This document shows, one piece after another, positions 49,924 to 60,191 of a stretch of DNA of 64,000 nucleotides (within the stretch, counting starts at the first letter, position 1; every line of letters begins with the position of its first letter). The notes under the pieces were generated by a model that was not told the DNA's origin, did not search any database, and worked only from the letters and a program-made list of their open reading frames with translations. Position numbers and translations under genes: made by a program. Location: assembly GCA_963761305.1 (NCBI GenBank), contig CAVXGK010000002.1, forward strand, positions 1,184,001 to 1,248,000, read 5' to 3'. Source of the DNA: an uncultured Gemmatimonadaceae bacterium (GTDB taxonomy: Bacteria > Gemmatimonadota > Gemmatimonadetes > Gemmatimonadales > Gemmatimonadaceae).

Positions 49924-51021
49924 TCAAAACGAGTCGAGAAGCGCGAGGATGCGTCGGGCGATTTCGGCGGCGGCGTCGGGCCTCGCTCGCGCGCGCGCGG
50001 CCTCGGCGAGAGCTTTCAGTTCGCGTGGGGTGTCGAGGATGCGCCGCACCGTGGCGTCGAGGCGCTGGGCGGTGAGCTGTTTCTGCGCGAGATGGATCGC
50101 CGCGCCGGCGCTTTCGAGCGTCACGGCGTTGACCGTCTGGTGGTCGGCGGCGGCGGTCGGAAGCGGAACCAGCACGGCGGGAATTCCCCACGCGAAGAGC
50201 TCGGCCGTCGTCATCGCGCCGGCCCTGGCGATCGCGAGATCGACCGCCGCGTAGGCGTCGCCGATCGGAGCGAGATAGTCGCGCACGCGAACGCGCGGCG
50301 ACTCCAGATGCTTGAATTCGTCGAACGACCCGCGGCCCGTTCCCCAGATGAGCGATACCGAATCCGGCAACCCGCGGTCGATCCACTGCGACACCGCGCG
50401 ATTGATCGCGAGCGAGCCCTGACTCCCGCCGTACACGAGAATCACGCTTCCGTCGACGGGAAGATCCCACGCGCGCCGGGCAGCGTTTCGATCGGGCCGC
50501 GGTGACGGCGGCGGCTCGATCGGCGCACCGGTGTCGACGAGCGAGCCTGCGTGGTGCGCCCGCAGCGCGCGGGCCGCCTCGGGAAAGCTCAGATACATTT
50601 CCCGCGACCAACGGCTGAAGGTGCGCGCGGTCAGTCCGGGATGGCTGTCGCCGGCTTGCTGCACGATCGGGATCCGGTGGGCGACGGCGTAGGCCATGGC
50701 GAATGCCGCCGCATATCCGCCCGTGCCGACGACGAGCTCCGGATGCTCGGCGCGTGCAAGCCGGCCGAGGTCGCGCCAGGCGCCGATTCCACCGACGAAC
50801 GTCTTGGCGTTCTTCCAGACGGCGCTGCGATAGAGGGGATGCGCGTCGAGCAAGGCGAACGGAAATTCGAGTCTTGGCAAGACCTCGCGTTCAATGCCGC
50901 GCTTCGCGCCGATGAAAAACGGCTCGACCGAAGGGCGCGCGCGCACGAGCGCGCGCGCGATCGCGACGCCCGGGTAGAGATGTCCGCCCGTTCCTCCGCC
51001 CGCGATGAAGATTCGCGCCAT
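49924..51021 (-). CDS. murG: Lipid II GlcNAc transferase
   Basis: GGGTGGH, GGSQG, RAGAMT, DHQ..NA. Confidence 0.97.
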   Translation of the reverse strand: MARIFIAGGGTGGHLYPGVAIARALVRARPSVEPFFIGAKRGIEREVLPRLEFPFALLDAHPLYRSAVWKNAKTFVGGIGAWRDLGRLARAEHPELVVGTGGYAAAFAMAYAVAHRIPIVQQAGDSHPGLTARTFSRWSREMYLSFPEAARALRAHHAGSLVDTGAPIEPPPSPRPDRNAARRAWDLPVDGSVILVYGGSQGSLAINRAVSQWIDRGLPDSVSLIWGTGRGSFDEFKHLESPRVRVRDYLAPIGDAYAAVDLAIARAGAMTTAELFAWGIPAVLVPLPTAAADHQTVNAVTLESAGAAIHLAQKQLTAQRLDATVRRILDTPRELKALAEAARARARPDAAAEIARRILALLDSF

Positions 51022-51043
51022 GGCCGAGGACGGTGGTGGACGA

Positions 51044-52318
51044 CTAGGCGGCGACGGCCAGCGGGTCGGTCGCCGCGCTCCCGATCACCCGCTCGCGAGT
51101 GCTGCCGATGTTCACCAGGATGCCGGTGAACAAGAGCGTCAGCACGAGGTTCGAGCGGCCGTACGACACGAACGGCAGCGTGAGCCCGGTCGTGGGCAGC
51201 AGGCCGATCACGACGCCGACGTGCAGGAAGGCCGTGAGCACCGTCGTGAAGGTGAGGCCGACAGCGACGAGTTGCAGAAATGGCGTGCGTGCCTGCCGCG
51301 CGATGCGGAAGCCGAGCAGTCCGTACAGTGCGAACGCGACGGTGACGCCCGCCAGGCCGACGAACCCCCACTCCTCACCGACGTTGCTCGCCACGAAGTC
51401 GCTGTACGGGAAGGGGACGAAGAACGCCTGCTGCATCCCCTCGCCGAAGCCGCGGCCGAACCATCCGCCCGAGCCGACCGCGATAAGCGACTGGGTGAGC
51501 TGGAAGCTCACCGCCTCGGGCGCGTTGCCCGGATGCAGAAACGCCGTGACGCGCGAGAGCGCGTACCGCCACTTCTCGATTCTGGCCACGAACACCGGCA
51601 GGCACATCGCGCCGAGCGCGATGAAGTGGCCTAAGCGCGCGCCGCCCACGTACAGGAGGAGCGCCATGAGGAGCGTGAGCAGCATCGCCACGGAGAGGTC
51701 GGGCTCGAGCGCGGCGAGCACGTCGAGGACGCCGATCACGACGACGAACGGAATCAGCCCTTTCGTGAGGCGGCGGAGCGCCTCGCCCTTCTTCACGATC
51801 AGCATCGACACCCACACCACGACGCCCAGTTTCGCGAACTCCGACGGCTGGAACGACGCGCCGAACAGGAATCGCCGCGAGCCGTGAATCATCGGCGCGA
51901 TGCGTCCGGGCAGGATGAGCACGGCGGCCATCGTCGCGATCGTGAACCACATGATCGGCCACGCCCACACGCGAAGCTTCTCCGCGTCGACCTTGGCCGT
52001 GATGAGGAATATCAGAATGCCGCCGGCCAGTCCTTCGACCTGCCGAATGAAGAAGAACATGCTCGATCCGTGGTCGGCCACGGCGACGAACGCGCTCGAG
52101 CTGTACAACACGGCCAGCCCGAACGCAGACAGAATCGCGCTCACGAGCACCAGGAGACGCGCCTCGGCCCCCATGCGCCAGCGATAACGCACGTCCGGGT
52201 GCACCTCGGGACGAGCATTGCGATTGTCCCGCGCATCGCGGGCGTCCCCCCGACGGCCATCGGGGCGAGTATCCGGCTTCGCCGCGGCCGGCCGCGGCTC
52301 GAACAGCAACTCGTTCAT
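51044..52318 (-). CDS. ftsW: Peptidoglycan polymerase FtsW (SEDS)
   Basis: FQPSEFAK, EPD, SDF...GEEWG, TGLTLPFVSYG. Confidence 0.95.
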   Translation of the reverse strand: MNELLFEPRPAAAKPDTRPDGRRGDARDARDNRNARPEVHPDVRYRWRMGAEARLLVLVSAILSAFGLAVLYSSSAFVAVADHGSSMFFFIRQVEGLAGGILIFLITAKVDAEKLRVWAWPIMWFTIATMAAVLILPGRIAPMIHGSRRFLFGASFQPSEFAKLGVVVWVSMLIVKKGEALRRLTKGLIPFVVVIGVLDVLAALEPDLSVAMLLTLLMALLLYVGGARLGHFIALGAMCLPVFVARIEKWRYALSRVTAFLHPGNAPEAVSFQLTQSLIAVGSGGWFGRGFGEGMQQAFFVPFPYSDFVASNVGEEWGFVGLAGVTVAFALYGLLGFRIARQARTPFLQLVAVGLTFTTVLTAFLHVGVVIGLLPTTGLTLPFVSYGRSNLVLTLLFTGILVNIGSTRERVIGSAATDPLAVAA

Positions 52319-52335
52319 CGGTTGTCGGCGGTTTG

Positions 52336-53730
52336 CTACGCGGCAGTCACGAGCTGTTTGAAGACAGCGCCGCGGTGCTCGTAGTTGTCGAACATGTCGT
52401 AGCTCGAACAGGCGGGAGACAGCAGCACGGCGTCGCCGGGCTGCGCCAGATGGCGCGCGGTGGCGACGACGTCATCAAACGACGATCCGAGGCGGGTCAA
52501 CGGCACCACACCGTTCAGGTCGGCTTCGATGAGAGGCGCGGCTTCACCATACGCAATCACGGCGCGGCCGATCCGCCGCAACTCAGGGGCCAGCGCGGTA
52601 TAAGGCTCGCCTTTGTGCTTGCCGCCGAGCAGCAGCACGGTCGGCCGCGTCATTCCGCGAATGGCGACGAGGGTCGATGTCACATTTGTGGACTTTGAAT
52701 CATTAATCCACAATACCCCGCCCCGGTCAGCCACCGACTCGATCCGGTGCTCCAATGCGTGGAACGCACGCATCGTGTCCCGCAGTCGCACCAGTGCGTG
52801 CGGCGTGCGATGCTCCCGGTCGGCCAGCATCACCGCGAGCGCCGCCGCCAGCGCGTTGGCCACGTTGTGATCCCCCAGCAAGGGCAGTTCGCTGCGCGCG
52901 ATCAGCGGATGCCCCAGAACGACGAGCGTGTCGCTCTCGCGGTCGTAGAACGCCGCGGCGCTCGACTCTACCGAAAACCGACAGTGGAGCCCGCCGATGT
53001 TCCCCCCCCCCGTGAGACGCTCCGAATCCGGGTCGTCGGCGTTTGTGATCCAGCACGACTCGGGCTTGGCGTTCCTGAACATCAGCATCTTGTCGCCGTA
53101 GTACTCGCTCACGTTGGCGTATCGGTCCAGGTGATTCGCCGCGAGGTTCGTGAGCACGCCCACCGTCGGGTCGATCGATGGCGTGTCGTGTAGCTGGAAC
53201 GACGAAATCTCGAGCGCGACCCACGCCGGCGGCGTCCGCGACGCCGCCAACTCACACAGCGGCGTGCCGATGTTCCCCGCCGTCGACGCTCGGCGGCCGA
53301 GCGCCGAGAGTAGCTGGCCGGTGAGCGCCGTCGTCGTGGTCTTGCCGTTCGAGCCGGTGATGGCGATGTACGACAACCGCGGGAGGAACCGCAGTCCGAT
53401 CTCCACCTCGCTCACGATGTCCACGCCGGCCGATCGCGCGGCGACGAACGGGGGAGCATCGGGCGGAACCCCCGGGCTCGCGACGACGAGGGATGCGCGC
53501 GCAATACGGTCGAGGTCGTGGAGGCCGACGTCGGTGGCGACGCCTTCGCCGTGCAGCGCACGAGCGGTCGTGTCGACCGCGGGCGACGCCGCCGCGTCCG
53601 ACGCGTATACCGACGCGCCGGCGCGAGCGAGGAGTTGCGCGGCGCTGCGACCGCTCCGCGCCAACCCGACGACCGCGATTTCTCCACGGAGCCATCGGGC
53701 CGGAAGGGCCGCGTCGAGGACGCGTTCCAT
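52336..53730 (-). CDS. murD: UDP-MurNAc-L-Ala--D-Glu ligase
   Basis: ATG 53730; GLARSG, ITGSNGKTTT, EISSFQL, NDSKSTN, LSPACSSYDMF. Confidence 0.97.
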   Translation of the reverse strand: MERVLDAALPARWLRGEIAVVGLARSGRSAAQLLARAGASVYASDAAASPAVDTTARALHGEGVATDVGLHDLDRIARASLVVASPGVPPDAPPFVAARSAGVDIVSEVEIGLRFLPRLSYIAITGSNGKTTTTALTGQLLSALGRRASTAGNIGTPLCELAASRTPPAWVALEISSFQLHDTPSIDPTVGVLTNLAANHLDRYANVSEYYGDKMLMFRNAKPESCWITNADDPDSERLTGGGNIGGLHCRFSVESSAAAFYDRESDTLVVLGHPLIARSELPLLGDHNVANALAAALAVMLADREHRTPHALVRLRDTMRAFHALEHRIESVADRGGVLWINDSKSTNVTSTLVAIRGMTRPTVLLLGGKHKGEPYTALAPELRRIGRAVIAYGEAAPLIEADLNGVVPLTRLGSSFDDVVATARHLAQPGDAVLLSPACSSYDMFDNYEHRGAVFKQLVTAA

Positions 53731-53732
53731 CG

Positions 53733-54881
53733 TCACCGCAGCTTGATGGTGCTTAGGGCGAAGAAGGCGCACAGAATCCCGATGATCCAGAACCGGACGA
53801 CCACCTGACTTTCCGACCAACCCAGCTCCTCGAAATGGTGGTGCAATGGCGCTCGGCGAAAAACGCGGTGCGCCTTGGCGTACTCGAGATTGTATCGCTT
53901 CTTCCGGTACTTGAACGTGTAACGCTGCACGATCACGGACATCATCTCCGCCACGAACACCGCGCCCACGAACGCGAGGACGAACTCCGATTTGAGCAGA
54001 ATCGCCACCGCGCCGAGCCCGCCGCCCAGCGCCAGCGACCCGGTGTCGCCCATGAAGATTTTGGCCGGATGCGTGTTGTACCAGAGGAATCCAATGAGCG
54101 CGCCGACGATCGCGATGCAGAAGACGGCCAGCTCACCGGAGTCCTGGAGATACGGCATGAACAGAAACCGGCTGTAGTCCACGCGGCCGATGATGTACGC
54201 GAAGATCGCGAACGTCGCGAACGCGATCGCCGAAAGGCCGGAGGCCAGGCCGTCGAGCCCGTCGGTGATGTTCACCGCGTTGCTCGTCCCGGTGAGAATG
54301 AACGTCGTGAACAGCACGTACGCCCACCCGAAGCCGGGTAGGAAAAGCACGATGACGTTCTTGAAGAACGGAAGGCTGGTCGACGCGGCCGGCAGATTGG
54401 GCTGCAGCGGGTAGTGGAGCAGATACCAGCCGAGCGCCAGCCCCGCGGTCACCTGGCCGACGAGCTTGTACCTCTCGACCAATCCGTCCTTCCGTTCGCC
54501 GCGCCGTTTCTGTCGCAGCTTGAGGAGGTCGTCGACAAAACCGATCACGCCCATCCAGAGCGTGGTCGCGACGGCCACATAGAGGTATGGGTGCGCGAAG
54601 CTGAAGCGCCCCCACAACGCGATGGAAATCAGCGCGCTGTTGAGGATGATGAGCCCGCCCATCGTCGGCGTGGCGCCTTTCACCACGTGCGACTGCGGCG
54701 TTCCGTCGCGCACTCCCTGCGATATCGACTCCCGCTTGAGCGCGGCGAGAATGATCGGGCCGACCACGAACGAGAGCAGCAGCGCCGTCACGGCCGCACC
54801 GACCGCACGAAACGAGATGTACGTGAGGACGTTCAGGACCTTCAGGTGTTTGGCGAGCGGCAGGAGGAAAGCGTAGAGCAC
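53733..54881 (-). CDS. mraY: Phospho-MurNAc-pentapeptide transferase
   Basis: TPTMGG, NAVNITDGLDGL, FMGDTGS, APLHHHFE. Confidence 0.98.
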   Translation of the reverse strand: MLYAFLLPLAKHLKVLNVLTYISFRAVGAAVTALLLSFVVGPIILAALKRESISQGVRDGTPQSHVVKGATPTMGGLIILNSALISIALWGRFSFAHPYLYVAVATTLWMGVIGFVDDLLKLRQKRRGERKDGLVERYKLVGQVTAGLALGWYLLHYPLQPNLPAASTSLPFFKNVIVLFLPGFGWAYVLFTTFILTGTSNAVNITDGLDGLASGLSAIAFATFAIFAYIIGRVDYSRFLFMPYLQDSGELAVFCIAIVGALIGFLWYNTHPAKIFMGDTGSLALGGGLGAVAILLKSEFVLAFVGAVFVAEMMSVIVQRYTFKYRKKRYNLEYAKAHRVFRRAPLHHHFEELGWSESQVVVRFWIIGILCAFFALSTIKLR

Positions 54882-54882
54882 G

Positions 54883-56313
54883 TCAGCGATCGGCAGAGAG
54901 TGGCGGGGGTGGCGTCGTCGCGTTCCGCTGAGCGGCCCAGTCGGTGATCGGCTTTAGAAGTCTCTCGAGACGCATTCCGCGCGAACCTTTGAGGAGGATA
55001 ACGGCATCGGGTGAGACGCGCGACGACAAGCCGGCCCAGAGACCGTCGGTGTCCACCGCCGTCACGACCCGCGACTCCCGCGGCGCCAACCGCTCGAAGG
55101 CCGCGCCGAATTCGCCGAGCGCGCCGATGAGCTCCACGCCGGACTCGAGTACCTCACGCGCGATCTCGTCGTGCAGTCGCGGCGTGTGCGGACCGAGCTC
55201 GAGCATCGAGCCGAGAATCGCCACGCGCTGTTTGCCCTGCCCCGCGTGGCTCAGCAGCTCGAGCGCCGCGCGGGTCGATCCGGGATTCGCGTTGTACGCG
55301 TCGTTGATCAGCGTGAGCGCGCCGAGTCGTTCGACGTTCACGCGCATCGGCGGCACCGGCATGGCAGCGATGCCACGCGCGGCGTCAGCCACCGAGACGC
55401 CGGCCGCGCGCGCGGCGGCAATCGCCAGCATCGCGTTCCGTACGTTGTGCGATCCGCGCAACGGGACCACGACCTCCACGCCGTCCACGGTGACGCGTCC
55501 GCGCCCGTCCTGATCGACCGTCGCGTTCGTTCCCACGACATCCCCGCGATCCACACCCGCCGTCGTCACGTGTCGCGCGCGCGCGCGCGCCACCTCGGCC
55601 ACATTTTCCTGCGACGCCGGCACGATGGCGAGCTCCACGCCATCGGTCGACGCCATCTCTTCGCGCATCACGCCGTCGAGGTCTCCGAGCCCTTCGAGAT
55701 GCTCCTCGCCGATCGACGTCACCACCGTCACGTCCGGCTCGACGATCGCGCGCAACCGCGGCACCTCGCCGGGGGTGTTCGTCCCCATCTCGATGACGGC
55801 GATGTCCGCGGCGTCGGGAATGGCCAGCAACGTGAGCGGCACGCCGATGAGGTTGTTGAAGTTCGCGCTCGTCGCGTGGACTTCGAGCACGCTCCCGAGC
55901 GCGGCGCGAAGCAATTCCTTCGTGCTCGTCTTGCCGTTGGTGCCCACGACGCCGATCACCGGCTTGTTCCACGCACGGCGGCGATAGGTGCCGAGCGCTC
56001 CGAGCGCGACGAGCGTGTCGGAGACGAGGTACGCCGGAATCCCGAGACCCTTGGCCGCGCTCGGACGGGAGACGACCACGCCCGCCGCGCCCTTGCCCGC
56101 CGCCTCGCGCAGAAAGTCGTGCGCGTCGAACTTCTCGCCGACGAGCGCCACGAACAGATCGCCCGGTTCGATCGTGCGCGTGTCGGTCCACACGCGGCGG
56201 AATGTCGTCGCGGTCACTGGCAAGTTCGTCGTCGCGACGCCGGACAGCGCATCCATCACACGCTCCGCCGTCCAGAACGATTGGCCGACCTCGACGCGCG
56301 CCGTCGCCGTCAC
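54883..56313 (-). CDS. murF: UDP-MurNAc-tripeptide--D-Ala-D-Ala ligase
   Basis: GTNGKTSTKE, NFNNLIGVP, DAYNANP, LGSMLELG, KGSRG. Confidence 0.97.
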   Translation of the reverse strand: MTATARVEVGQSFWTAERVMDALSGVATTNLPVTATTFRRVWTDTRTIEPGDLFVALVGEKFDAHDFLREAAGKGAAGVVVSRPSAAKGLGIPAYLVSDTLVALGALGTYRRRAWNKPVIGVVGTNGKTSTKELLRAALGSVLEVHATSANFNNLIGVPLTLLAIPDAADIAVIEMGTNTPGEVPRLRAIVEPDVTVVTSIGEEHLEGLGDLDGVMREEMASTDGVELAIVPASQENVAEVARARARHVTTAGVDRGDVVGTNATVDQDGRGRVTVDGVEVVVPLRGSHNVRNAMLAIAAARAAGVSVADAARGIAAMPVPPMRVNVERLGALTLINDAYNANPGSTRAALELLSHAGQGKQRVAILGSMLELGPHTPRLHDEIAREVLESGVELIGALGEFGAAFERLAPRESRVVTAVDTDGLWAGLSSRVSPDAVILLKGSRGMRLERLLKPITDWAAQRNATTPPPPLSADR

Positions 56314-57806
56314 GCGTGGCCTCCGCCGGACGCGACGCCGCGCGCCGACAGCTCGTCCACGATCTCGCGCTCGTCGAAATGCGTTTTGGTCGTGCCGCGA
56401 ATCTGATACGTCTCGTGGCCTTTGCCGGCCAGCATCACCACGTCGTCCGGCGCGGCGATTTCCAGCGCGCGCGCGATGGCGGCGCGACGGTCTTCGATGC
56501 GCTCGTGATTCTTGTTGCTCATCCCGCGCTCGATGTCGTCGAGGATCGCCTCGGGATCCTCGCGCCGCGGGTTGTCGCTCGTGAGAATCACGAAATCCGC
56601 GTCGCGCTCGGCGATGCCGCCCATCTCGGGTCGCTTGCCCTTGTCGCGATCGCCGCCGCAGCCGAACACGACGATGAGCCTGCCGCGCGTGAACGGCCGC
56701 ACCGCGGCGATCGCTCGCTCGAGCGCGTACGGCTTGTGCGAGTAGTCGCGCAGCACGGTCGGGTGACCGCGGAGAATCTCCAGCCGGCCGGGCACCTGCG
56801 GAACCGTGTCGAGTCTCGACGCGATGCGCGGCACCGGCACGGACAGCGCGTGCGCCGCCGCCGCCGCGCCAAGTGCGTTGATCACATTAAAGTCGCCGAT
56901 GAGCGGCAGTCTGACCGGCGCACGTTCCTCGCCGATGACGAGCGTCCAGTCGCTTCCTTTGCCCGAGAAGCGAACGTCTTCGGCGTGCACTTCGGCCGAC
57001 GCGAGGCGCTCACTGAATCCGATCGTGGTGCGATCGAGCGGGAGCGCTTTCCACGACGCGTCGTCGCGGTTGACCACGACCGTCGAATTCGCCGTCAAAT
57101 GGTCCAGCAGTCGCGCCTTGGCGCGAAAGTAGGCTTCCATCGTGTGATGGTAGTCGAGATGCTCGCGCGTGAAGTTCGTGAACACCGCGACGGCGAACCG
57201 CAGACCTTCCACGCGCTGCTGTTCCAACGAGTGCGACGACACCTCCATCGCCACGCGACGCACGCCGCGGTCGCGCAGCGCGCGCAGCACGCGTTGAAGC
57301 TCGACCGGGCCGGGCGTTGTGAGTCCGCCGCCGTCGTGCGCGCCGAGCACTTCGCCCGCCTGTCCGATCAAAACGCCGAGCGTGCCGATCGACGCGGCGG
57401 TGTTGCCGTCGTCGAGCAGGTGGCGGAGCATGTTGACGGTCGTCGTCTTGCCGTTCGTGCCGGTGACGCCGACGAGTTGCATCTCGCGCGCGGGCCAGGC
57501 GAAAAACGCCGACGCGGCGACCGCTGCCGCTCGCCGGCCGTCGTTGACGACGAGCGCCGGTAGATCCGCTCGCGACCCATCCTCGACGATCGCCGCCGCT
57601 GCGCCAATCGACTGCGCGGCGGCCAGATACTCGTGGCCGTCGCGCTCGGTGCCGCGCACGGCGACGAACATCGAACCGGCCGTCGCGGACCGGCTGTCGT
57701 CGGTGATGTCGCTGACCGATTCGGGAAGCGCGCCGCGTCGGTCGACGAGTAGACCCGCGTCGTCGAGCGCTCGCGCGATCACCTCGATCTGGACCGGGTG
57801 GGGCAT
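56310..57806 (-). CDS. murE: UDP-MurNAc-L-Ala-D-Glu--meso-DAP ligase
   Basis: ATG 57806; VTGTNGKTT, MEVSSH, FGCGGDRD, DNPR (meso-DAP-type motif), AGKGHE. Confidence 0.97.
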   Translation of the reverse strand: MPHPVQIEVIARALDDAGLLVDRRGALPESVSDITDDSRSATAGSMFVAVRGTERDGHEYLAAAQSIGAAAAIVEDGSRADLPALVVNDGRRAAAVAASAFFAWPAREMQLVGVTGTNGKTTTVNMLRHLLDDGNTAASIGTLGVLIGQAGEVLGAHDGGGLTTPGPVELQRVLRALRDRGVRRVAMEVSSHSLEQQRVEGLRFAVAVFTNFTREHLDYHHTMEAYFRAKARLLDHLTANSTVVVNRDDASWKALPLDRTTIGFSERLASAEVHAEDVRFSGKGSDWTLVIGEERAPVRLPLIGDFNVINALGAAAAAHALSVPVPRIASRLDTVPQVPGRLEILRGHPTVLRDYSHKPYALERAIAAVRPFTRGRLIVVFGCGGDRDKGKRPEMGGIAERDADFVILTSDNPRREDPEAILDDIERGMSNKNHERIEDRRAAIARALEIAAPDDVVMLAGKGHETYQIRGTTKTHFDEREIVDELSARGVASGGGHA

Positions 57807-57807
57807 C

Positions 57808-59835
57808 CTAGTGTTCGATGACCAGTCGGACGATCGATCCGGCGGGCGCCAGCTCGCCGGCCGTGGGACTCGTGCTCGACGGCGCGCCTCCGCCACTCGC
57901 AATTCGTGTGAGTCGCACACGAAAGCCGGCGTCGTGCAGCGAACGGACCGCGTCTCGCAGAACGAGACCACGTACGTCGGGCACCGGACGCACGACGCGC
58001 GGCGCCGGCGGCGGCGCGGCCATCGGCAGCGACGCGACAAACGTCTTCGGCGTGTCGTCGCGCACGATCGGTTGAGAATCGGCGGGCGGAACCTCGGGAG
58101 CGCTCGCGACCTCGGTCGGAGCCGGCGCGGGCGCTCCGGATTGCGTGACTTGCTCGCGTGCCGAATCGCGCTTGGTGGGAACGACGCTCGACGCGAGCTT
58201 GCCGCGGTCGAGCGCCGCGTCGCGCGCCGCGATGGCCGCCTGCAGAATCGCCTTCGTCACCGGCGCCGCGGTTTCCGCCGCGAAGATCGAGCTCTGTGGC
58301 GCGGTGAGCTTCACCACGATCACGTACTGCGGATCGTCGCCGGGAAAAAGCCCAACGAAGTTGGGGTTGTAGCGTCCCGCCACGTAGCGGCCTTTCACCG
58401 AACCGCGCGGCGTGCCCGTCTTGCCCGCCAACAGATAGTTGTCGAGCGCCGCCTGAAGTGCGGTGCCTTCGTCCACGACGTTGAGCAGGAGACCGCGAAC
58501 CTTTTCCGCGGTCGCGGGCGACACGACCCGTCGCACGACGCGCGGTGTGTGGTGATAGCGCACGGTGCCGTCGGGGCCGACGATCTCGTCCACCAGCGCC
58601 GGCTCCACGAGCTTTCCACCGTTCGCAAAGACTGCGTACGCCGAGGCGAGCTGCAGCGGCGTCACCGACACCTCGTACCCCATCGCCATCGACGCGGCCG
58701 ACTGCTTCGACCACGACTTGGGCGCGCGCAGGCTACCGCCGGACTCCGTCGGATACGGCACGCCGGTCGTCGTGCCGAACCCGAAGTCGCGCAGCGTCTC
58801 GAATTCTTCGCGCGCGCTCAGCCGCTGAGAGAACTTCACGATTCCGATGTTGCTCGACCACCGAATCACGTCGGCCAGCGGCGCGCGGCCGACGAGATGC
58901 TCGTCGTGGATCTGCCGACCGTCGATCTCGAACACGCCGTTGCCCGTGTCCACCGAATCGCTGTCGGCCACGCGGCCGCGATCGATTAGACCGGCCGCCA
59001 TGAACGGCTTCGCCGTCGAGCCGGGCTCGAACGGTTCGGTGAGGACGGTGGCGGCGGTTTGCTTGGGATCGAGGCGCCGGCTCGCCATCGCGCGAATCGC
59101 GCCTGTGTGCGGATCGAGCACGACGATGTCGCCGCCTTCCGCCCCCATGCGCGCCACCGCGTCGGCCAACGCGCGCTCGGCGATCTCCTGAAGATCGGCG
59201 TTGATCGTGAGGACGATGCTGTTCCCCTTCACCGGCGGCGTTCCCGGCTCCGTGGGCGACTCGCGACCTTGGCCGCGCGGATCGCGCACCATCGTCGCCG
59301 TGCCCGGCTCGCCGCGCAGGATCGAATCGAGCGACATCTCGAGCCCGTCGACCGGTTTGTTGTCCTGGTCGACGTGGCCGATAATCCCTTCCGTTCCGGC
59401 CGACACTGCGTCTTCGCGCGCCAGCGACGCGAACGAGTGCACGCCGCGCAGCAATATCGCCGGCGCCGCGTCGACCGCGAGGAATCGGTTGGGGATTGTC
59501 AGGTACTTGGACGACGTGTCGATCGCCCGCGCGATGACGCTGGCGTCGACGTGCAGCTTGGCGAGCGCCGCCTTGAGCTTGCGCGGCTCGTTGACTTCGC
59601 GCGGCGCGATCTCCAACCGCACCGTCTCGCGGCTTTGCGCGAGCACCCGATGCGTCTCGTCGAGGATGTCACCGCGCGGCGCCGGCACGACCTTCTCGGC
59701 CGTTTGCTGGCGCGCCGCGCGCGCGCGCCAGCTCGTGCCGTGCACGAGTTGGACGTCGGCGGCCTTGATGAGGATCGCGACGGCGAACACGGCAAGCACG
59801 GCGTGCGCCAACCCGATCCGTCTTGAGCGAATCAC
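57808..59835 (-). CDS. ftsI: Class B penicillin-binding protein FtsI/PBP3 with a C-terminal PASTA domain
   Basis: STAK (SxxK), SSN, KTG; VPDVRG PASTA start. Confidence 0.95.
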   Translation of the reverse strand: MIRSRRIGLAHAVLAVFAVAILIKAADVQLVHGTSWRARAARQQTAEKVVPAPRGDILDETHRVLAQSRETVRLEIAPREVNEPRKLKAALAKLHVDASVIARAIDTSSKYLTIPNRFLAVDAAPAILLRGVHSFASLAREDAVSAGTEGIIGHVDQDNKPVDGLEMSLDSILRGEPGTATMVRDPRGQGRESPTEPGTPPVKGNSIVLTINADLQEIAERALADAVARMGAEGGDIVVLDPHTGAIRAMASRRLDPKQTAATVLTEPFEPGSTAKPFMAAGLIDRGRVADSDSVDTGNGVFEIDGRQIHDEHLVGRAPLADVIRWSSNIGIVKFSQRLSAREEFETLRDFGFGTTTGVPYPTESGGSLRAPKSWSKQSAASMAMGYEVSVTPLQLASAYAVFANGGKLVEPALVDEIVGPDGTVRYHHTPRVVRRVVSPATAEKVRGLLLNVVDEGTALQAALDNYLLAGKTGTPRGSVKGRYVAGRYNPNFVGLFPGDDPQYVIVVKLTAPQSSIFAAETAAPVTKAILQAAIAARDAALDRGKLASSVVPTKRDSAREQVTQSGAPAPAPTEVASAPEVPPADSQPIVRDDTPKTFVASLPMAAPPPAPRVVRPVPDVRGLVLRDAVRSLHDAGFRVRLTRIASGGGAPSSTSPTAGELAPAGSIVRLVIEH

Positions 59836-60191
59836 GGGGGGGGCGTGCGTTGAGGCGAGGCTTGAGTCGTAGGACGCGCCAGCAAGACCTGCTGGTCCGG
59901 GGAGGGGATGTGCATGTTCAGCCGCTGCTCGGCGATCGGCTGCAGGTGCGCCCGGCTCGACGCTTCACGGATCACGCCCTCGAGCCGGATCCGTTCCGCC
60001 TCGAGAGCTTCACGCCGTTGGCGCAGGCGGCGGATCGTGGTCTCCGCCCCCACACCGAGCACCCTGCGTGCAATGACGCCCGTAGCCGCCAAGACGAAAC
60101 CAACGAGCACCAAAGCGATGAGCGCACGCGCGCCCGGACGACCGCGTCGTCTCGACCTGGACCGCGGAGCGCCGGCTACGCTTTTCGCCAT
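59832..60191 (-). CDS. ftsL: Cell division protein FtsL
   Basis: ATG 60191; basic N-terminus, TM, coiled coil; lies between rsmH and ftsI. Confidence 0.8.
   Translation of the reverse strand: MAKSVAGAPRSRSRRRGRPGARALIALVLVGFVLAATGVIARRVLGVGAETTIRRLRQRREALEAERIRLEGVIREASSRAHLQPIAEQRLNMHIPSPDQQVLLARPTTQASPQRTPPP

Noticed and set aside
53002..53011. Phase-variable homopolymers (C10 in murD, C8 in ribD, G8 in ftsL, A7 in the kinase)
   Set aside because: All frames are intact and most of the genes are core; the tracts simply encode Gly, Pro or Lys runs.
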